Shown piece after piece: positions 45,138-59,170 of a DNA stretch of 64,000 nt (within the stretch, counting starts at the first letter, position 1; each line of letters begins with the position of its first letter). Under the pieces are notes generated by a model, which saw only the letters and a program-made list of their open reading frames with translations, ran no database searches and was not told the DNA's origin. Source of the stretch: Eledone cirrhosa (Eukaryota); the NCBI GenBank assembly GCA_964016885.1, contig OZ024756.1:30876001-30940000 (forward strand), in the 5' to 3' direction. A program made the translations under genes and the position numbers.

Positions 45138-45368
45138 ATACTTCCTTATATGGGAAGATTGTAGTTGACAAGAGGATTGGTTAAAATTTGTTGTAAACAC
45201 AAATAAGTCTATCATGGCATTTGGTGAGCTCCACTCACTCCGCTATTGTTCAACAGGCAACTTCACCACCCCTACCGCCCACCAAATTCCATGATAGACT
45301 TATTTGTGTTTACAACAAATTTTAACCAATCCTCTTGACAACTACAATCTTCCCATATAAGGAACTAC

Positions 45369-45462
45369 CCCCTTGACAAGTTCGGCTATTTATTCACCAG
45401 GCTAAAAATTCTAATTTAGTCCAGAAATAGCCGTCGAAACGGCTTGAGCTCTGCCGTCGGGG
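45369..45462 (+). ncRNA. Type I hammerhead ribozyme, U3-A8 core variant (family B)
   Basis: cccc TTGACAA gtt cggctattt...aaatagccg tc GAAA cggc ttgagctct gccg TC gggg; predicted cleavage after 45458. Confidence 0.8.
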
Positions 45463-46048
45463 TCATACTTTTTCCTATATATATATATATATATATGGAA
45501 CATGCAAATGAGAATTATATATATAAAATGAGTTGGAGAGATAGAGAGAAACATATGCATAAGAATAAATGTTATTAAATACATCAAAAAGTCTTTCTTT
45601 TCCTTCAGATTCGTAACTGATCTGCTTTTACAATTTAACATTATTTAATATAATAAATAGCAATATGAATGCTGCAGACAATATGGCGGTAGTTAGACAA
45701 TTTTTGTAGACAAAATGTCCATGCGGCATTGCAAAATTACGTCTCTATATGTCTGATTGAAACTCTCGACAAAGTTATCTATCCCATTCATCTTCCGCTA
45801 TGCAGAAGTGTATTGAGATATTATTGGTCGCTGTGTTGGTAATTAGTGGGAGGCGCCTAATGATTTCTATAAAACAAAAGAAAAAATATAACATGTATTT
45901 TAAGCAAATCTAAATTTATAAAACTGCACGCGTTGTACCTTAGATACAGCATAGTGATTATATTTTGCTCCATGATGATTGCTACTTATGAATATGCGTA
46001 CCATATATACATACAGACATATACACACATATATGCACAGCTATATAC

Positions 46049-46130
<82 letters not shown>

Positions 46131-46163
46131 TATATAATTCTATATTATATACAGATATTTCTT

Positions 46164-46216
<53 letters not shown>

Positions 46217-46220
<4 letters not shown>

Positions 46221-46273
46221 GCTTCCGGATGATTTCTCCGGAATGAAACAGTTCTAGTCCTGTAGAAGCCTTT
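46217..46273 (+). ncRNA. Type I hammerhead ribozyme with G at position 4
   Basis: aagggcttc CGGATGA t ttc tccg gaa t GAAA cag ttctagtc ctg TA gaagccttt: 9-bp stem I and a GUA site (after 46264). It begins right at a (TA)n edge, and the island ends at ~46350. Confidence 0.7.
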
Positions 46274-46428
46274 GTCCATCTCAAGCGTAAACCTAATACC
46301 AACACTGTTCGTAACTGCATTCCTTGTTATTGTGTTTACTTTCCCAATATATATATATATATTATATATATATTACTTTTCCAATATATATATATATATA
46401 CGTGTGTATATATATATGTGTGTATATA

Positions 46429-46476
<48 letters not shown>

Positions 46477-46817
46477 ATGTATGTATGAGGGATATATGCA
46501 TTTATATATTCATTTATTAAACTAATGAGTGTTACAGAACTTATCCTGTAGGTCCCATTAATATAATATACGAAAATATATACACTTTAGTTTGTGTTGA
46601 GTACTTTGACTTTAGCTGTGCTTCAACCCATTTCCAAACCGGTACATTAACAATTACTTACATACACACCTACATATATACATATATGCATATATATATA
46701 CACATATATATATACATATATGCATATATATATACACATATATATATACATAAACATGCATATATATATATATATACATACACACACACGCACGCACACA
46801 TACACACACTACACACA

Positions 46818-46915
<98 letters not shown>

Positions 46916-47575
46916 TATACAATATGTTATTTCTGTTTATATTATATATGTATGTATGTTTGTATATGGACGTTTCCGTAATGGACGAAAGCTGAAAGCC
47001 GTAGTACGTGCTACATTACATACTTTCTAATGGCAATAACATGTTTAGATTGCAAAGATGGCGAATATGGTAAAGAATTACACAACGAATGTATATTTGC
47101 ATTTTGTTCTTGATTAAATTTAGAATACATTTAGCACTTCTACAACACTTTCCATTTCAGAGCTTAAAATACTGTTTTTATCGTAATTTTATCGAAAGTG
47201 TATTTACACAAGACAAACAAAACGTTAAGTTAATTATTATTTCACTAGTTACGATAACTTAATATCGTAAATTTCTTTTCAGTCATCTGCGCCATTTTGT
47301 TTTTGTTTTGATATGGAGTTGGAGGTGACGGTGCTGATGTTTTGTTTTCTTTTTGTTTTGTTCTGTTTTATGTGGTTATGTCTAGTATATCAGTATCTGT
47401 CAATTTTGACATTCTATTTCGTGACTGTTTCAAGTTAACAGAAACTTGATGCAGACGAGAGACATGTCTGTACAATGTTTATCGTAAATATTGTAAAGTA
47501 AATGTTTTCGAGTGCATTTTTGTATATTCTCTCTCTCTCTCTTTCTCTTTCTCTCTACATATATATATATGTATA

Positions 47576-47614
<39 letters not shown>

Positions 47615-47736
47615 TAGAGAGTTAAACAAGATTCAATGAGTACATCAAAGAATGAGTTTTACAGTAGATTGAAAGCACTCTACAAGAGGATATTTTCCAG
47701 AGTTATTAATATTAAATTAATTAAATAAATAAATAA

Positions 47737-47782
<46 letters not shown>

Positions 47783-47794
47783 GTGTGTGTGTGT

Positions 47795-48098
47795 GGGACT
47801 GCAGTATCGGTAAAGCGTCGGACAACATGCTTTGCAGCATAGAATTACGGCCCTTTACGGTCTGAGTTCAAACCCTGCCGAGGTTAACTTTCCCTTTCAT
47901 CATTACGGGATCGATAAAATAAAGTACCAGTAACGTACTGGGGGCGATTTAATCGACTTTCCCCTCCCCTAAAATGTCTGGCCTTGTTGCCTATACTAGA
48001 AATCGGCGAGATTTGAACGTATAACATAAAGCGCCGTAACTCTATTCTACAAAGCATGCCATCCGACCCTCTATCGATACTGCCAATTCACCGCCCTT
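47795..48098. mobile_element. SINE family A long-subfamily copy (+, to ~48003) followed by an inverted SINE A head (-)
   Basis: The first copy has an extra ggggcgatttaatcgactttcccctcccc segment; 48004-48098 is a reverse-complement head. Confidence 0.8.
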
Positions 48099-48224
48099 AT
48101 ACAATATATAATCAACTAAAACATACACTAGAATTGTTCTTCCTTTATTGATAATATATTATGTTACTATGTGAACATGTAATATTTGAACATAAGAAAG
48201 AAAATTATTATTTATTTTCGTCGA

Positions 48225-48708
48225 TGGTGTTATGGCTTCTGCTATGTTTTTGTTGTTGTTGCTGTTGTTGATGTTGTTGGTGGTGGTAGCGGTGGTGGTG
48301 TGCTGGTGGTGGTGCTGTTGTTGATGTTGTTGTTGATGTTGTTGGTGGTGGTAGCGGTGGTGGTGTGCTGGTGGTGGTGCTGTTGTTGTTGCTGTTGTTG
48401 ATGTTGTTGGTGGTGGTAGCGGTGGTGGTGTGCTGGTGGTGGTGCTGTTGTTGATGGTGTTATGGTTTCTGCTGTTGTTGCGCCTTCTGCTTGTGTTGTT
48501 GTTGGGGATGGTGGTGGTGCTGGTGATGATAGTGTTGTTGTTGTTGATGGAGGTGCTGAGGGTTGTGGTGGTGATGGTGGTCGTGGTGGCTATGGCTTCT
48601 GCTGCTGTTGTTGTTGTTGGTGGTGGTGGTGGTGATAGTGTTGTTGTCGTTTATGGTGGTGCTGAGGGTTGTGGTGGTTATGGTGGTTGTGGTGGCTATG
48701 GCTTCTGC

Positions 48709-48739
<31 letters not shown>

Positions 48740-49365
48740 GGTGATAGTGTTGTTGTTGTTGATGGAGGTGCTGAGGGTTGTGGTGGTTATGATGGTCGTG
48801 GTGGCTATGGCTTCTGCTGTTGTTGTTGTTGTTGGTGGTGGTGGTGATAGTGTTGTTTTTGGTGGTGGCGGCGGCGTTGATGGTGTTGTTGGTGGTGGTG
48901 GTGAGGATAGTGTTGCTGTTATTATTGTTGGTGTTGTTGTTGTTGGTGGTGGTTGTGGTAGTGATGGTGGTCGTGGTGGTTATGGTGTTGTTGGAGGTGG
49001 TATTGATGGTGGTGTTGGTATTTTGGCGGTGATAGTGATAGTGGTCTTGGTGGTGGTGCTAGTGGTAGTGGTGCTGGTGTTGGTGCTGGTGATGGTGATG
49101 GTTATGGTGTTGTTGATGACGATGCTGGTGATGATAGTGTTTTTGTTAATGTTGTTGTTGTTGTGTGTGGTGGTGTTTGTGGTGGTGATGGTGGTGCTGG
49201 TGCTGGTGATGGTGTTGATGATGGCGGTGCTGGAGATGATAGTAATGCTGTTGTTGTTGTTGTTGTGGTTGTGGTGGTGGTGGTGGTGGTGGCGGTGGTG
49301 ATGGTGGTGGTGGTAATGGTTGTGATGGTTGTAGCGGTGCTGGCGGTAGTGGTGATTTGGTGGTA
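48225..49365. repeat. Degenerate (GGT/GTT/GAT)n tract with internal duplications
   Basis: The block gatggaggtgctgagggttgtggtgg...gctatggcttctgctg recurs three times. Confidence 0.9.
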
Positions 49366-50372
49366 GAGGTGAGGTTCAACATTCATAGAACAATGAATGG
49401 AAAATTATTTATACGAAATCAAATACTCAACCTAGAAGATAATCCAAGAAACCTAAGCTTGTTTAATACAACAATGTTTAATACAATTAAATTATCCCTA
49501 CCCTATCTCATGCCAAATATTATCTACTTTTAAAAAATCGTACTTTATATATTTTAAGGGCAGCATTTGTAGAATATTTTGAAGTTGGTGGGGTTAACAG
49601 GATTACTTGTATCAAAAACTGAAAATAATTCAAAGAAATATTTTCAAATTCATCACGTTCTCAATCCAATAGAGAAATCGATATCAATAAATAATGGTTA
49701 CCACAGGAATTATAGAACGAGAAATAAATTTTGATTAAATTAATATTTCGGTATATTGATTGAATGAATATTTGAATCCTTTTTTTTCTCTAGGGTCATT
49801 ATCTACTTCACAGTTGATATAGCAAATATTCTTCTATACCAGGTTTCATCGCAACCGATTTCTTCCATAGAGAAACCAACAAAAAAAATGAAAGATTGAA
49901 AGATAAGGAGTAAGAGAAAGCGAAAAAGAAAAACATTCGACCTCAGTACTGACAGGGTATTTTACTTGTCGATATCGAAAGGATGATTAACAAATATGGC
50001 CTCACTTGCATTTATAATCAGAGTGTCGAGAACTGGGGGGGGGGGATACTGTAAGGCATATAACTTGACACTCTAGCAACTCACAATGTAAAGACAAATA
50101 TATTTGCGATTAAGTAAACAATGAAAGACCAGACGGAGGGATAACATGTAAATATGCCCATATTGGTTGACATGAAATAATATTTTCAGTTTTAAGCACA
50201 AGGCCTGCAAATTTTGATCAGAGAGGGAACCAGTGGAATCGATACCAGTAAATAATATGTATTTTAATTTATCGAATCCAGAATGATGGAAGGTAATCTA
50301 CCTAGGGTGGGTAAAATTCCTGAGATGGTTCTTATCATTGGCTGATAATACCTTAACGGCACCGCTGGAATC

Positions 50373-50535
50373 AGGTAATTTAACCCATAAATGGGGCCCT
50401 AACAGGTACTACTACTCCGGGCCAGTGCAGACCTGGAAGTGATAACAATTAAGGGATAACTCCACATTCCCCACAGCTCTTGAACTCCCGAACTGTAGCC
50501 TTGCCACTGGATGTATTTTAATGTCATACCCAAGA
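50373..50535. mobile_element. Diverged interspersed repeat (LINE-3'/SINE-like)
   Basis: ccctaacaggtactactactccgggccagtgcagacctggaagtgataac...ctccacattcccca...gtcatacccaag resembles an abundant cephalopod repeat as I recall it. It is a single copy here. Confidence 0.4.
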
Positions 50536-51161
50536 TATTATGGAAGGTAAAGCTGACCATATTAATTAACATGAAACAATTGTTTCTCAGTTACAGAAAA
50601 AGCAAGTAATTTGCTGAAACAGGAAATTCGATTAAATTGAACCCAATAATTACTGGTACTTTATTTTATCAACTCAGGAACATTGAGAGATAAAGTCAAC
50701 TTCAATATGATTTGAACTCAGAACTGTTTGGACACAAACGAAATACAATAGTTCACATGAAATAATGTCGAGAGATGGCAGGTACCCAGAGGCAAAGCTG
50801 AGTGAATTAGCAATGTATATAATGTGTTTTGCACATGGACAAACATCACTGCCGGTTATCGAACCCATAGCCTTAATATTGGGGGGAAAACAAACTTAAA
50901 TACTAAGCCATGAGATTCTAGTCACACGCATAGACATGCGCACACAAACTCAAACACAGACACATACATCCAGACGTATGCACATGCTTACATATGTATC
51001 CACGCCCAAAGAAACGCAGCTATATTAGATTACTACTACCACCACCACGACTACTACTACTACTATTACTACTACTATTACAACTGCTACTAATAATAAT
51101 AATAATAATAACAATACTACTACTACTACTACTACTACTGTCACAGATGTATAGTCTGAGG

Positions 51162-51194
<33 letters not shown>

Positions 51195-51332
51195 ATTCCC
51201 AGGATTAAAAACCTTTTATGAATTTGGGTTCATAAATCTAAGATAAGATATCACTTATTCGACAGCATGATAGTCGTTCTTGATTAAAAATTCATATATA
51301 TATATTTGAGTGGGTGTGTGTTTATAAATGAA

Positions 51333-51418
<86 letters not shown>

Positions 51419-52775
51419 AACAAACATAAATTATCGAGATTCGCATTTCCGCCCACGAAATAACGAAAAACAACCTCCGAGATGTGCGGCAAGTGCTCAA
51501 TGATTCAAGTGAACCAGAGCTATAACAAACGTTAAAGGCCAATCACACTGCGACGATGGTTAAACAATCATTCGCATAGCCAAAAAAAACCATCAAGTAA
51601 TTCGAGTATTGAAAATTTACCCGGACCCCTGGAAGGTTGGTAAAATCCTGTATATGGGTTTCTGCGGCTCCTAAATCGAGTACCGTCCGCTTACATAAAT
51701 AATGTCAGGCTTCTGGTAAGATGATTGAACAAGAAAGCCATTTTCTCAGCAGGTTTTAGTTCAATGTTAATACAAGGACTGACTATTGCTGACCCCACGT
51801 GGTGATCGGCAAGGGAGGCAACCCCTATATCAGGCGAATGAATTCAGTTGTGTATATTTTTGCAAGAATGCAAAAACATCACAATATATATATATATATG
51901 TGTGTGTATGTATATATACATTATATATATATATATATATATGTGTGTGTATGTATATATACATTTACCTATATATGCATACATACATACACGAGCATAT
52001 ATACATACCTATAAGTATGTATATTTATACGTATGTATACACACATATACACACACACATATATATATGTATATACATATAAATATATATCTATATACAT
52101 GTACATATATATATATATATACATATTTATATACATACATATATTCATGTATACAAGATACATACATATATACTTACACACGTACAACATACATACATAC
52201 ATACATACATACATACATACATACATACATACATACATACATACACACACACATACATACATACATACATACATACATACATACATACATACATACATGT
52301 GCCTATGCATTTGTGCGAGCGTATTTAAACATGTTTTCTTTTTAGTTCAGACATGACAAGAAGCAATGGTGGAAAATACATTAATTTATGTTTTTTAAAG
52401 TAAAAATAATCATTCGAAATAAATAAATAAACAAATAATATAAATAAATAAATTGAACAAACAATTAAATGAATAAACAAATAAACAAATAAATAAATAT
52501 CAGAGACAAAATAAATAAATAAATTAGTAAATAATTAAATAACGAACAAATACAACAAGCATTTATGTATTTCTTTCTTGTATAAACACATTTTTAACGA
52601 ACAAACAAAATAATAAAACAAATATCAATGGCAAACAAAATACAAACAAAAATAGAATTAAATATGGCGATGAAAAAAACAAAAAATATATGTAAAAAAC
52701 AATGTCATAGATACAAATATTCAAGAAAAGCAAGCAAAAATAGAAACAAAAATATAATTAAATATGGTGATGAAA

Positions 52776-52818
<43 letters not shown>

Positions 52819-52843
52819 GGTGTGTGTGTGTATGTGTATATAT

Positions 52844-52939
<96 letters not shown>

Positions 52940-52985
52940 TGAGAGAGAGAGTAAGAGAGCTATTTATGTGTTATTCACTTTCTAA

Positions 52986-53126
<141 letters not shown>

Positions 53127-53566
53127 AATATATGTCGTTTTCGATTATTCGCAAGAACTGCCACAAATCATTTTCGAAGATGACGTAATGAGAAAATTTA
53201 TGGCGAGTAACATTTGAAATATTTTGAGAAATAAATATGAATATTAATCAAGAGAAATGAATAAAAATGAAAAATAAAAAATCATTTCTAATGAGCGGTA
53301 TTTTTACAGAGGATTCTTTAAGTGTTGCGCTATTGTTTGCTTCGTTACATAAATTTTAAATTCAACAATTGAAAGTAAAAAGTCGATAGAATAATTCAAT
53401 TTCGTTGTTTCATTACTGGAGAGAGGGTAGCAAAGGTGGGGAGGGGGTAATTCTTTTCATAATTTGCGTAATTATAAAAATGATGAGTTCGGTTCGGTTT
53501 GAAAATGAATACTTTATGTGAGTGTGTGTGTGTGTGTGTTTGTGTATGTTTATGTGAGTGTGTGTT

Positions 53567-53597
<31 letters not shown>

Positions 53598-53599
53598 GT

Positions 53600-53640
<41 letters not shown>

Positions 53641-53821
53641 AATATATTACAGAGAGAAGTGTGTTACACAGTGAGATGTGTGTAAATAATTATTACATGT
53701 GAGTTTCACCGTTACTGTATGGAAAACAACACCTACAGGATGGCAATTAAATAGAAAGAACACTAAGTCAGAATCAAATCTCCGAAGTAGAGTTTTATAT
53801 TACCAACCTTATAACTATAAG

Positions 53822-53897
53822 CTTGCTGATACGAATCTATTTCGTTTCGCCACTGAAATGTGTAGTGTAAAAGTCCACAGGGTCCTCAGTCAGCAAG
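53822..53897 (-). ncRNA. Type I hammerhead ribozyme
   Basis: cttgctga CTGAGGA c cc-ctg...cag(t)gg c GAAA cgaa ataga ttcg TA tcagcaag: perfect 8-bp stem I, 5-bp stem III, GUA site (cut between 53830 and 53829). Confidence 0.8.
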
Positions 53898-54097
53898 TGT
53901 GGAATTGTTAGCTACACATCTAGTCGAATGGAAAGAGAGAACGCAAATATACACGCTGCCCAGAGCAGGGCGAAAACACGTGTTATTTGCATCAAATAAC
54001 GGCTCTCATGAATTGGGGAAGATGCTAGAGAGAGCAGCCCAACCATTCGAATTTATTAGCTCAACAATTTGGAGCTCGTTAATTATACAAGGATCGG

Positions 54098-54275
54098 TGG
54101 ATTGGCAGTATCGGTAGAGGGTCGGACGCCATGCTTCCAGCATAGTTACGACCCTTTACGAGCTGAGTTCAAATCCCGCCGAGGTTGACTTTGCCTTTCA
54201 TCCTTACGTGGTCGATAAAATAAAGTACCAGTAATGCACTGGGTAATTGCTGGCCTTGTGCCAAAAGTAGAAACA
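54098..54275 (+). mobile_element. SINE family A with 20-nt TSD
   Basis: TSD gttaattatacaaggatcgg at 54078-54097 and 54276-54295. Confidence 0.9.
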
Positions 54276-54853
54276 GTTAATTATACAAGGATCGGAATTA
54301 GAGTATTCCGCAGTTCACAGTAATAATAATATTAGCTCAAAGAAGAACAGAGAATTTTCAACTGAGCTCAAATACAAATATATTAGAGAGAAGTGTGTTA
54401 CACAGTGAGATGTGTGTAAATAATTATTACATGTGGGTTTAACCGTTACTGTATGGAAAACAACACCTACAGGTTGGCAATTAAATAGAAAGAACACTTA
54501 GTCAGAATCAAATCTCCGAAGTAGAGTTTTAAATTACCAACCTTACCTTTCAGTGGCGAAACGAAATAGATTCGTATCAGCAAGCTTATAGTTATAAGGT
54601 TGGTAATATAAAACTCTACTTCGGAGATTTGATTCTGACAAAGTGTTCTTTCTATTTAATTGCCAACCTGTAGGTGTTGTTTTCCATACAGTAACGGTTA
54701 AACTCACATGTAATAATTCTTTACACACATCTCACTGTGTAACACACTTCTCTCTAATATATTTGTATTTGAGCTCATTTGAAAATTCTCTGTTCTTCTT
54801 TGAGCTAATATTATTATTACTGTGAACTGCGGAATACTCTAATTCTCCGATCC

Positions 54854-54931
<78 letters not shown>

Positions 54932-55054
54932 ACATGTATATATATATGTCTGCGTGTGTGTGTGCGCGCGTGTGTGTGTGTGTGTATCTATATATACACA
55001 GACACACAGACACACACAAACATGTATATATTCATACATATTATACATATACAT

Positions 55055-55086
<32 letters not shown>

Positions 55087-55109
55087 TGGTTATTCGGTCC
55101 ATATATATG

Positions 55110-55193
<84 letters not shown>

Positions 55194-55534
55194 AATGTGA
55201 GTCTGTGTGTGTATATATCTATATATACACAGACAAAACACACACACACAAACATGTATATATTCATATATGTTATACATACACACACACACACACACAG
55301 ATATATATATATATGTATATGTATAATATATATGACTATATTTATATATTTGTGTTTGTGTGTGTGTGTAATATGAATGTGTTCTTAATTTATTTATGTA
55401 TGTTCTGTTACCATATACCTGTGTTGTATATGTATGTGCTAGTACATATAGTTTTATAGTTCTTGAATACCAATTTATGGAGAATTATCGAAATGTCTAA
55501 CTGATAGACTGTGATCTTAATTGGTATCATTGGA

Positions 55535-55680
55535 GGCCGGTGCACAGATGATGCTAAGTTGCTTCCATATTCAGTATATTTAATATTCCCTAACCAATCC
55601 TAACGATTTGTAAAATTGTGAAAATGTTGGAACAAATGCTTCACATTAATCAGTATAAACGTCGTGTAATTGATATGTAT
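55535..55680 (+). pseudogene. Possible CR1/L2-type RT remnant
   Basis: acagatgatgctaagttg = TDDAKL (compare YADDTKL), followed by QMLHINQYKRRVI. Very decayed. Confidence 0.3.
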
Positions 55681-55747
55681 TATTGCTAAAGGTGGCTGAT
55701 GTAACCCTGTTCCCTGTCAATAGTGAGGAGACATCAGGCCTTCAAAT

Positions 55748-55802
<55 letters not shown>

Positions 55803-55931
55803 AATAATAATAATTTTGAAGACTAAAATCCAAAGAGGGTTCGATAAGGATAAATATAAATCAAATATATAAGAACTCTAGAGCATATATTTATTATAAA
55901 TAAATAAGTAACTAATATATATATATATATA

Positions 55932-56063
<132 letters not shown>

Positions 56064-56064
56064 A

Positions 56065-56170
56065 AAGGAGTCAGGACACTGACGGCTGAGCTGCGGTCGT
56101 TTCGGCATCTAGATTCGAACCCTGGTGCGTTTCGGTCCACCTTGTATCTTACCACACCTTCTTTGTTATA
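56065..56170. mobile_element. Family B-related fragment with inversion
   Basis: ctgacggctgagctgcggtcgtttcgg (HHR 3' half on minus), then ctggtgcgtttcggtccaccttgtatcttaccacaccttctttgtt-(ta)n. Confidence 0.65.
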
Positions 56171-56182
56171 TATATACATATG

Positions 56183-56283
<101 letters not shown>

Positions 56284-56284
56284 G

Positions 56285-56338
<54 letters not shown>

Positions 56339-56342
<4 letters not shown>

Positions 56343-56530
56343 AAAATGTTCAAGACCCCGACGGCAGAGCTCAAGCCGTTTCGACGGCTACTTCTAGTCC
56401 AGAAAGAGCCATCGAAACGGCTTGAGCTCTGCCGTCGTGATCTTGAACATTTTCCTATCACCCACTCTACTACCCAAAGTATTGAGTACTCTGGTGCGTT
56501 ATGGCCTACCTGGTTCCTTACCACACTTTT
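56339..56530. mobile_element. Family B element with hairpin of two HHR 3' halves plus tail
   Basis: Inverted arms 56339-56396 / 56401-56457, then tcacccactctactacccaaagtattgagtactctggtgcg. Confidence 0.8.
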
Positions 56531-56539
56531 CAAATGATG

Positions 56540-56813
56540 AATAGAATAAATAGAAAGAAGGGGAAGAAAGGAAAGAAAGAAAAACAACAAAAGAAATAAG
56601 CAAGAAAAGAAAGTAGCAAAGAATGAAAAATAGAATGCATGAAAGGAGGCGAGAGAGAAAATAAAAAAGATGCAAAGAGAAAGAGAGAGAAAAAAGGAAA
56701 ATAAGACAAAAAAATAGATAGAAAGAAAGAAAGATAGAAAGAAAGAATAGGGAAGGAAAGGAAGAAAGAAAGGAAGAGAGAGAGAAAGAAAGAAAGAAAG
56801 AAACAAAGAAACA

Positions 56814-56893
<80 letters not shown>

Positions 56894-57050
56894 AAAGGGA
56901 AGGAAAGGAATAGAGAAAGAAATAAAGAAAGAAAGAAAGAAAGAAAAGGGAAGGAAAGGAAGAAAGAGAGAAAGAAAGACAGAAAGAAGGAAAGAAAGAG
57001 TTGAAATAAAGGCAGGAAGGAAGACATAAAGAAAGATGTATAGAGAAAGA
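56540..57050. repeat. (GAAA)n-derived polypurine tract
   Basis: A/G-rich simple repeat. Confidence 0.9.
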
Positions 57051-57304
57051 GGATTTAAAACACAAATAAATAATAGTAAGAAACGATAAGACGAGGCAAT
57101 ATGAAAAGCTGGTGTAGCTGTGTTAGCTATGAAAATATACACAAATAGAGAAAATTAGTATTTACTATAGTTACATGGGGGTGGGGTGGATGGTAGTGAT
57201 TATTATGGAATGAATATTATACTGCTTGTAATTGAATTTACCTGGCACCAATATTAGTTAAGTACGCAGGTGTGTGTATATAAATGTATAGATATACACA
57301 CCAG

Positions 57305-57371
<67 letters not shown>

Positions 57372-57453
57372 ATATATGATATAGGTATATATATATATAT
57401 ATATATATGTATCTATCTATTTATATATATATATATAAACATATATAATATAG

Positions 57454-57490
<37 letters not shown>

Positions 57491-57565
57491 TATATATATA
57501 TATAAACATATATAATATAGGTATATATATATACACACATACACACACACACACACACACATATG

Positions 57566-57602
<37 letters not shown>

Positions 57603-58612
57603 ATACCTATATTATATATGTTTATATATATATATACCTGTATATATACACACATACATACACACATATATACATACATACTTAGGAAAATGATTTTCTT
57701 CTCTATGCACGAACTAATCAAAATTCACTCGCACCTGCATGTATCATTATTTGTACGACAAAATGTTTGTTAAAATATATATAAAAAGAAAGAAGATATA
57801 GACAAAAGCTCACAGTAAACTTGTCCAAATTTAACAGTATTCCACAGTTATAATGTAATTTTCAGAGAAATTCATCGCTACAGAGTGTAAAAATGCCGGA
57901 CCTATGAATTACAGGTACATCTCATCTTTTACCACCTGAAGAAACTGGCACAACGAAAAATTATGGCCCTGGGTGAAAAGCAAAACGACAACTTGGAAGC
58001 GAACTCGTGATTTCATGAGCGTCAGCTGAACAAACCCTATCTATTAAACCATGAGGTTTATCTAATGCATATCTAGGAAGTGATTATTGTTAAAATTATT
58101 TTCTTCATAATCTTTTCTTAAACAACTTCTCACTCACTGCGTAAGTGTTCACAGGGGAATGTCTTATCTGAATACAAATAAACAAACACATATATTAACA
58201 AACAAATAAATAAATTCATAAATAAATAAAAGAGGAATATAGATAAATAGTAAATATAGTTAAATAGATAAAAATAAAAACAAATAAAGATGAAAAGATA
58301 AATAGCTAAAATAAGTAAATCTGAAATATATTTAAATAAAAAATATATAACGCACAGATACATATATATATGTATACATACATAGATATAAAAATAATAT
58401 ATGAAATCGATAAATCAATGACAGTATAAAATAAATATATATACAAACTAATCAAAAATAAATATAACAAATAAATATAAATATAAATATAAAGAATAAA
58501 GATATGAATAAAAATGAATACAAGAAATAGAAATATACAAAAATAAGGTAGTAATATATATTACTCTTTTACTCTTTTACCTGTTCCAGCCATCATACAC
58601 ACACACACACTA

Positions 58613-58663
<51 letters not shown>

Positions 58664-58701
58664 TGTATGATATACATATATATTATATCTATATATATAT
58701 G

Positions 58702-58755
<54 letters not shown>

Positions 58756-58786
58756 GTGTGTGTGTGTGTGTGTATATGTATATATA

Positions 58787-59046
<260 letters not shown>

Positions 59047-59170
59047 CACTACTCCGGAGTAACCAAACCAACCTGCGCACTTCGTCGAGTGCTCCAGCCT
59101 GCATACTGAGGTGTTGGTATACAACCAACATAAACTCAAAATCTATATATATATATATATATATATATAT

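Larger units (their letters stand above)
44950..45478. mobile_element. Family B longest copy: 202-nt inverted arms (45028-45229 / 45277-45478), each carrying an HHR
   Basis: The arms are near-perfect reverse complements with a 47-nt spacer, and (TA)n lies on both sides. Confidence 0.9.
53637..54858 (-). mobile_element. Non-autonomous PLE/retrozyme-like element: direct repeats plus inverted copy, with HHR, in (TA)n
   Basis: Direct repeats 53637-53811 and 54372-54545, inverted arm 54546-54858, HHR 53822-53897, and a nested SINE. Confidence 0.85.

Noticed and set aside
46515-46595. HHR-like CTAATGA...GAAA
   Set aside because: G5 is missing, there is no valid NUH site and the stems are weak.
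48186-49386. Val/Gly/Cys-rich or Thr/Pro-rich mucin-like ORFs
   Set aside because: They come from a trinucleotide low-complexity tract that is open in most frames.
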